From a virus, in IMG/VR virus record IMGVR_UViG_3300000053_000003, positions 1 through 36,855 of that record: DNA of 36,855 bases; one strand, 5' to 3'. How positions within the stretch are numbered: position 1 is the stretch's first letter; every line of letters begins with the position of its first letter. Below, piece after piece: positions 32,348 to 36,855 of this stretch. Under the pieces are notes generated by a model. That model saw only the letters and a program-made list of their open reading frames with translations, was not told the origin of the DNA and made no database searches. The translations under genes and the position numbers were made by a program.

Positions 32348-32371
32348 CCAACCGCAACAAGGACACAGCAA

Positions 32372-32719
32372 ATGAAAGCAACCGAAACCAGCGAGTTCAT
32401 CAACAGCCTCAACGCCGGCGTGTTCGCCGACCAGGTAGGCCGCGCGCTGTCCGACGTCGCCGCGGGCGTCATCGAGCACAGCAAGCAAGGCCAGATCACC
32501 CTGACCTTCAAGCTCAAGCAGATCGGCCAGAGCAACCAGGTGGCCGTGTCGCACACGCTCGACTACGTGCAGCCCACCAAGCGCGGCAAGAAGCGTGAAG
32601 ACACCACGCTCGACACGCCGCTGTACGTCACCGCCAACGGCCTCGAACTGTTCCAGACCGACCCGACCGCGCAGCTGTTCAGCCGCGAAGACGCGCCGGT
32701 TAAAGCGCGCGAAGTCTGA
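32372..32719 (+). CDS. Hypothetical protein
   Basis: 115-aa ORF in series, upstream of the DUF2303 gene. Confidence 0.5.
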   Translation: MKATETSEFINSLNAGVFADQVGRALSDVAAGVIEHSKQGQITLTFKLKQIGQSNQVAVSHTLDYVQPTKRGKKREDTTLDTPLYVTANGLELFQTDPTAQLFSREDAPVKAREV

Positions 32720-32757
32720 CCCAGCAAAACCCACTTACCACACAAGGAAGCAACACC

Positions 32758-33588
32758 ATGCCACTGAGCAAAGAAGCCATTCAGCACATCGAGTCCCAGG
32801 CCGTCATCGCCGCCGCCAAGCCTATCGTCATCGACGGCGGCACGTCCGTGGCCGTGCTGCCGGAAACTGTCGGCCTGCGCAGCCTCGAGCAGTACCAGCC
32901 CCTTCGCGATCGCTTCCGCGGAACACTGCGCACTCATTCGCTGCGCGACTTCACCAAGTACGTCGCCGCCCATGACAACGCCAACCAACCCCGCCCGGGT
33001 GGTTTCATCGATCAGGACGCCATGTCCGCCACCGTCATCTTCAACCTGGGCGAGCCCGACCACGCCGGCCATGGTGACGACACCGCCACCCTGACGCTCA
33101 AGCCCACCGCCGCCTATGCCGCACTGCAGGGCATCGTCGGCAAACCGCATAGCCAGCAGGCACTCGCCGAATGGCTGGAGGACTGGCTGCCCAACCTGAC
33201 GGCACTCGACGGTAATGCCGACCTGAACATGCTGAAGGCCATCAACGCCGTGCGGCGCATGACTATCAAGGCGACCAGCCAGCGCGACAGCAACGTCGGC
33301 GACTTCTCCACCAGCCGTTCAGCCATGGACGAGATCGAGGCCAAGAGCCAGGAAACCCTGCCGTCGGCGTTCATCTTCACCACCGTGCCGTTCGAAGGCC
33401 TGCAGGTCACCACGATCACCCTGCGCCTGTCCGTCATCACCGGCCGCGACGAGCCGCAGCTCAAGCTCCGCTGGGTCGGTGAAGAAGCCCAGCGCGAAGA
33501 GTTCGCACGCGAATTCAAGGCGGTGCTCGAGCAGGAAGTGGGCGGCATCGTGCCGCTGAGCATCGGCACCTTCAGCCTCGGCAAGTAA
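32758..33588 (+). CDS. DUF2303 (YfdQ-like) family protein
   Basis: 276 aa. Overall YfdQ-like pattern (F.G.LRTHSLRDFTKYV ... ATLTLKPT ... FSTSRSAMDEIEAKS). Confidence 0.65.
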   Translation: MPLSKEAIQHIESQAVIAAAKPIVIDGGTSVAVLPETVGLRSLEQYQPLRDRFRGTLRTHSLRDFTKYVAAHDNANQPRPGGFIDQDAMSATVIFNLGEPDHAGHGDDTATLTLKPTAAYAALQGIVGKPHSQQALAEWLEDWLPNLTALDGNADLNMLKAINAVRRMTIKATSQRDSNVGDFSTSRSAMDEIEAKSQETLPSAFIFTTVPFEGLQVTTITLRLSVITGRDEPQLKLRWVGEEAQREEFAREFKAVLEQEVGGIVPLSIGTFSLGK

Positions 33589-33647
33589 GCGCAGCACCTA
33601 CCCGCCGGCCTTACCAGCCGGCGGTTCTACATCAGAGGGACACAGCA

Positions 33648-34151
33648 ATGAACTTCACAACCATCCAGATTCTGGCCTTCGTCGGCGCTGTCGCCGCCAT
33701 GGCCATCGTCTTCGGCCTTGGCTACCTCGAAGGCCGCCGCGCGGCGCGGCAGGACCTTGAACACCTGGCCACCGCCAACCGTAAGCTGGTCGACAACCTG
33801 CGCCACCGCGCCGAACGCGCCCAGCACGAACATACCATCAGCCGCCTCAACGCTGCCCAGGCACTGGAGCACCTGACCGAGGAGCTGGACGCCCTGCGCA
33901 CCGAACTTGGCGACGCCCAGCGCCGCGCACTCACCGCAGAGGACGCCGAAACCCTCGCCGAGATCGCCGCCAAGCTCAACCTGGCCGCCACGGTGTTCAC
34001 CAAGATGGGCTCCGAACAAGGCGCCCACGCCAGCAAACTGGCCTTCGCCGCCATCGCCATCGCTGACCGCTACTGGAACACCACCCCGCTTTCAACCTGG
34101 GAGCGCGTAGACGCCACCCTCGGCACGCAGCCTGCTGCGATGTGTATGTGA
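33648..34151 (+). CDS. N-terminally membrane-anchored coiled-coil protein, unknown function
   Basis: TM helix IQILAFVGAVAAMAIVFGLGYL followed by helical heptad-like sequence. Confidence 0.5.
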   Translation: MNFTTIQILAFVGAVAAMAIVFGLGYLEGRRAARQDLEHLATANRKLVDNLRHRAERAQHEHTISRLNAAQALEHLTEELDALRTELGDAQRRALTAEDAETLAEIAAKLNLAATVFTKMGSEQGAHASKLAFAAIAIADRYWNTTPLSTWERVDATLGTQPAAMCM

Positions 34152-34187
34152 GGGAACAGCATGTCTATCGAACTTGCGAGAGTAGTC

Positions 34188-34496
34188 TCAAATCTTCGGA
34201 AGCTTGCCCGGCGCAGCACTTTGGCTGTGGGGAGCAGGCTCCAAATCATCTTCCAGCCCCAGGCGCCCATTGATGTAGCGGTAAGCCCAATTCAGCGCCT
34301 CGTTATATGCCTCCAGATCATCCCCGTACCACTGCAAGCAACAGAAGTCCTCGGGGTGGTTATCGCTCGCACCAGGAGGGAAGCGAAGACTGTAAGACCA
34401 GCTTTCCCCGCTACCATCCTGCATTTGCAGGCGAAACATGATCTCGAAACTGATGCCTTTGTAGCTGCACGTTATTGGAATCGAAGCTTGGCTCAT
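34188..34496 (-). CDS. Reverse-oriented small protein of unknown function (AT-richer insertion in the early-left operon)
   Basis: Start set at the ATG at 34496. Trp/Tyr/Asp-rich, globular-looking sequence, unlike the Arg/Leu/Val/Ala-rich overlapping plus-strand ORF. Local drop in GC. Confidence 0.45.
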   Translation of the reverse strand: MSQASIPITCSYKGISFEIMFRLQMQDGSGESWSYSLRFPPGASDNHPEDFCCLQWYGDDLEAYNEALNWAYRYINGRLGLEDDLEPAPHSQSAAPGKLPKI

Positions 34497-34581
34497 CTCC
34501 GTAGCCTTGAATCGGTGAGTGTAGGCGTTAGTCCCCGTAGAGCCGGCATTGTTCTCCCGTACCTGCCTGCAGGTGCAAGTC

Positions 34582-34959
34582 ATGGATAACCTCTATCGCA
34601 TCCACCCGCAGCCGGGGTTCAACTTCAACGGCATAAGCCAACTAAATCTGTTCGCGCCGCCCCTCTCAGCTGTATCCGCCAACCGGTCGCCCTACTTGCC
34701 TTTCGATCCCGCCGCAGCTCGCAAAATCATCCTTGAGCAGCTGCATCGCGCTGGCGGTGAGTGGGTGCGCCGCATGGCTATTCGACGCGCCACCGGAATG
34801 CGCCCAAGCGAAGTGGCGAGCCTTCTGGACGACCTGGCACGCACAGGCCTGATCGAGTTCACGGAAACGATGGACATCATCCACCCATCGCACGGCCACA
34901 TGGGCCAGACACGCGGATATCGCATGCCAAGCACCGGCGCTTCGGAGGTCACGGCATGA
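34582..34959 (+). CDS. Putative winged-helix DNA-binding protein
   Basis: Start set at the ATG at 34582. The segment RRMAIRRATGMRPSEVASLLDDLARTGLIEF resembles a MarR-like wHTH. Confidence 0.45.
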   Translation: MDNLYRIHPQPGFNFNGISQLNLFAPPLSAVSANRSPYLPFDPAAARKIILEQLHRAGGEWVRRMAIRRATGMRPSEVASLLDDLARTGLIEFTETMDIIHPSHGHMGQTRGYRMPSTGASEVTA

Positions 34960-35267
34960 CCTACTCCATCTTCTACAGCACCGAAATGCCCAACGACATC
35001 GCCCAGGTCAGCGGGCGGCTTCCTCGCAAGCCGCAGCGCTGGCTGATGGAGTGGCTGGTCAAGACACCGGACGGCAAGACCCACGTCGACAACTCCCGCA
35101 CCATCCAGCGCGCCACCTATGAGGAGGTGAACGCGATCATGGGCGCCATCATCGACGACATCAAAGCCGAGATCGGCGAGCTGGCCACCTTCATCAGCTA
35201 CCGCCTGACCTGCCACGGCGGCACCAAGAAGCATCGCAAGGGAGGGAAACGCCGTGGTCGCGCTTGA
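34956..35267 (+). CDS. Hypothetical protein with a basic C-terminal tail
   Basis: ATGA overlap with the previous stop. 103 aa ending KKHRKGGKRRGRA. Confidence 0.5.
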   Translation: MTYSIFYSTEMPNDIAQVSGRLPRKPQRWLMEWLVKTPDGKTHVDNSRTIQRATYEEVNAIMGAIIDDIKAEIGELATFISYRLTCHGGTKKHRKGGKRRGRA

Positions 35268-35454
35268 AGGATACCTGCGCGAGGAGCAGGTGCTGGAGGT
35301 CACCACCCTTTCCCACGCCACGCTCTGGCGCGAGATCAAGGCCGGGCGCTTCCCGAAACAGGTCCGGCTTTCGCCGGGCCGCGTCGGTTGGCGGGCATCC
35401 GATCTGCGCCTTTGGCTGGAGGACCCAGAAGCGTGGAGCAATCAGGCGGCGTGA
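35254..35454 (+). CDS. AlpA-family excisionase / transcriptional regulator
   Basis: L..EQVLEVTTLSHATLWREIKAGRFPKQVRLSPGRVGWRASDLRLWL is the AlpA/Xis signature. Adjacent to int. Confidence 0.8.
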   Translation: MVALEGYLREEQVLEVTTLSHATLWREIKAGRFPKQVRLSPGRVGWRASDLRLWLEDPEAWSNQAA

Positions 35455-35457
35455 CGG

Positions 35458-36657
35458 CTACGGCTTCACGCCAGCCACATCTACAAGCCAGGTAGCCCAA
35501 TCCTCGAGGCCCTGGCTTTTTTCTTTCAGGTAGTCGTAGCGGTCATAGTGCTTCGACGAAACATCGCTGAACGCATGCCCCTGGATGCGATCGCGCAATT
35601 CCTTGCTGATGCCCGCCACACCCATCAGCGTCTTGCAGGTGCGCCGCAGGTCGCGCAGCGTGAAAGGCGTCTTGAACGTGTCCGGGTGCCGCGCACATAG
35701 CTTCGTCACCGCCCGCGACACGGACTGAACGTTGATCGAGTTGTTCTTGTACCGGCCCATGAACGGAAAGGCCTCATCGCCGGAGATCGGCTTCAGCCGC
35801 TCCAGGCAGGCGCGGCTCAGGCCGTTGAACGGCACCACATGAATCTCGCGCTCGCCTTCTACGCCCTTCTTGCTGCGGATCATGTAGTAGTCGTCGCGGT
35901 ACATCGTGCGGTCTGACGCCACCACCTGCTCCGGCCGCTGCCCACCGCTGGCGATCAGGAACTTGATCAGCTCCGCCGTGACCAGGCTCAGCTCCTCGGG
36001 CAGCAGGTTCCACAGCGCCGCCAGCTCTTCCTTGCTCAGCACGCGCTGGCCGGGGCGCTCCCAATCGCCCTGCACGGGGATGCTCGCCACCGGGTTATAG
36101 GTCAACCCGAAGCGCACCTTCGACTTGAGGTAGTCCCGCGGGTTGTATTCCTGGTTGAGCCCGTGCTGGAACGCCGCATGCAGCTGCGACCGCACCCGGT
36201 TGCAATAGGTGGTCACCTTCGCCTTGATCATCGCGGAGATAATGTCGCGGATATCCCCGGGCTCGATTGCGCTGGCCAGCTTCTTCACCAGATGCGGGAA
36301 CGGCTCAGAGACATAGTGCTTGAGCGACCATTCCACGTTGCCGGCCGACGCGGCGCCTTCGGCTTTGAGCTTGGCCACATACGAATCGAGCAGGTTCTGC
36401 AGCGTGCCCTCCGCTTCACTCTGCGGCGACGCACCCTTGCACTTGTCTCGTGCAACGGTGAGCGACATCGTTGGCCACACACCGAGCTTGCGTTGCTTCT
36501 TCTTGCCGGCCACGAACCACTGGTAGTAGAACTCCTTCGTGCCATTGGCGCGAACCTTCAGCAGCAACACCCCTTCCCCGCGCGCACCGCGCCCATCGGA
36601 CATAACGTAGTCGCGGTCTTCTGGCTTGAGCGAACGGATCTGCTTTTCGGTTAGCAT
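35458..36657 (-). CDS. int: Tyrosine integrase (P4-type, tRNA-targeting)
   Basis: Start set at the ATG at 36657 (MLTEKQIRSLKP). Catalytic-region motifs RDLRRT, GH.FSDVSSKHYDRYDY. About 150 bp from attR. Confidence 0.9.
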   Translation of the reverse strand: MLTEKQIRSLKPEDRDYVMSDGRGARGEGVLLLKVRANGTKEFYYQWFVAGKKKQRKLGVWPTMSLTVARDKCKGASPQSEAEGTLQNLLDSYVAKLKAEGAASAGNVEWSLKHYVSEPFPHLVKKLASAIEPGDIRDIISAMIKAKVTTYCNRVRSQLHAAFQHGLNQEYNPRDYLKSKVRFGLTYNPVASIPVQGDWERPGQRVLSKEELAALWNLLPEELSLVTAELIKFLIASGGQRPEQVVASDRTMYRDDYYMIRSKKGVEGEREIHVVPFNGLSRACLERLKPISGDEAFPFMGRYKNNSINVQSVSRAVTKLCARHPDTFKTPFTLRDLRRTCKTLMGVAGISKELRDRIQGHAFSDVSSKHYDRYDYLKEKSQGLEDWATWLVDVAGVKP

Positions 36658-36659
36658 GC

Positions 36660-36681
36660 GTGACAGTTTCCGGTGACAGTT
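36660..36681. repeat. Candidate arm-type integrase binding sites (P arm)
   Basis: GTGACAGTT at 36660-36668 and GGTGACAGTT at 36672-36681. The motif matches the sites at 82-135. Confidence 0.5.
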
Positions 36682-36810
36682 GTCCCGAACTAACACGAAA
36701 TTCGGCGGGACAGATTGAGACTGAGCCGGAAGTCCCAGCCCATACAGGACGGGGATTGTAGCGCCTTTACGATACCTCGAGTTATACCCTGATATTTGGC
36801 CCGTTATAGA

Positions 36811-36855
36811 TTCCCAAGCTCATGACGAGGGTTCGATTCCCTTCGCCCGCTCCAG
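36811..36855 (+). repeat. attR core: displaced partial tRNA-Gly 3' copy
   Basis: Identical to 1-45. The preceding bases (ccgttataga) cannot form the anticodon stem or D-arm, so this is not a complete tRNA. Confidence 0.9.

Larger units (their letters stand above)
1..36855. mobile_element. Integrated temperate prophage (HK97-type head, Mu-type contractile tail, lambdoid switch) bounded by attL and attR
   Basis: Identical 45-bp direct repeats at both window ends. Integrase and excisionase lie next to the right repeat. A full set of head, tail, lysis, replication and immunity genes lies between the repeats. Confidence 0.9.

Noticed and set aside
33602-33628. Terminator between the DUF2303 gene and the next early-left gene
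   Set aside because: The CCGCCGGC/GCCGGCGG stem is real but is followed only by TTCT, not a U-tract. At best it is a weak pause or attenuator, so it is not listed as a feature.
34161-34589. Plus-strand 142-aa ORF colinear with the early-left operon
   Set aside because: Its composition (Arg/Leu/Val/Ala/Pro-rich, few aromatic or acidic residues) looks like an antisense artefact. The minus-strand frame gives a globular-looking Trp/Tyr/Asp/Glu-containing protein. This remains uncertain and is flagged as a finding.
36721-36855. Possibility that the right-hand repeat is a complete tRNA gene
   Set aside because: The bases preceding 36811 (…ggcccgttataga) cannot pair with GCTCA to form the anticodon stem, and no D-arm or acceptor 5' strand is present. 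It is only the duplicated 3' part (attR).

Overview
The window is a complete, apparently intact temperate prophage of about 36.8 kb. It is bounded by a perfect 45-bp direct repeat (1-45 and 36811-36855), which is the 3' part of a tRNA-Gly(CCC) gene: anticodon loop TTCCCAA, T-loop GGTTCGATTCC, acceptor end CGCCCGC-T-CCA. The right copy is preceded by non-tRNA sequence, so it is the displaced partial copy (attR). The left copy presumably continues into the intact tRNA upstream of the window.

The DNA is GC-rich. The gene families present (a PrtN-like protein, an antiterminator Q-type protein, Mu-type tail genes) suggest a Pseudomonas-like gammaproteobacterial host; this is inference only.

Layout:
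- attL, followed by cargo on the + strand: an SRAP/YedK-type peptidase and a small ORF.
- A minus-strand late unit of about 22 kb, read from high to low coordinates: Q-type antiterminator, two terminators, holin-like gene, HNH, probable cos region, TerS, TerL, small membrane protein, portal, S49 protease, HK97-type capsid, connector and completion genes, then a Mu-type contractile tail (DUF2635, sheath, tube, frameshifted chaperone, tape measure, gp43-gp48 baseplate, fibre, fibre chaperone), then endolysin and nested Rz/Rz1. Two morons interrupt this unit: a secreted small protein and an acyltransferase-3.
- A minus-strand early-right unit: Cro-like, CII-like, TraR/DksA zinc finger, P4-alpha-like primase-helicase, then an iteron-like array.
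- A divergent genetic switch with an S24 CI/LexA-like repressor. The repressor is followed on the same strand by an AT-richer two-gene cassette with its own terminator.
- A plus-strand early-left unit of mostly unknown genes (DUF3310, KilAC, PrtN-like, DUF2303), interrupted by one reverse-oriented AT-richer gene.
- AlpA-type excisionase, tyrosine integrase, attR.

Most interesting candidates:
- The repressor-linked zinc-ribbon plus coiled-coil membrane protein cassette, in a RexAB-like position.
- The Cro-like protein, which carries an N-like arginine-rich tail directly upstream of a stem-loop-rich noncoding leader of about 340 nt.
- The 9-mer iteron array downstream of the primase-helicase.
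- The hairpin-terminator-punctuated late operon.
- The small morons.

All family assignments come from reading the translated sequences by eye. No database search was run.
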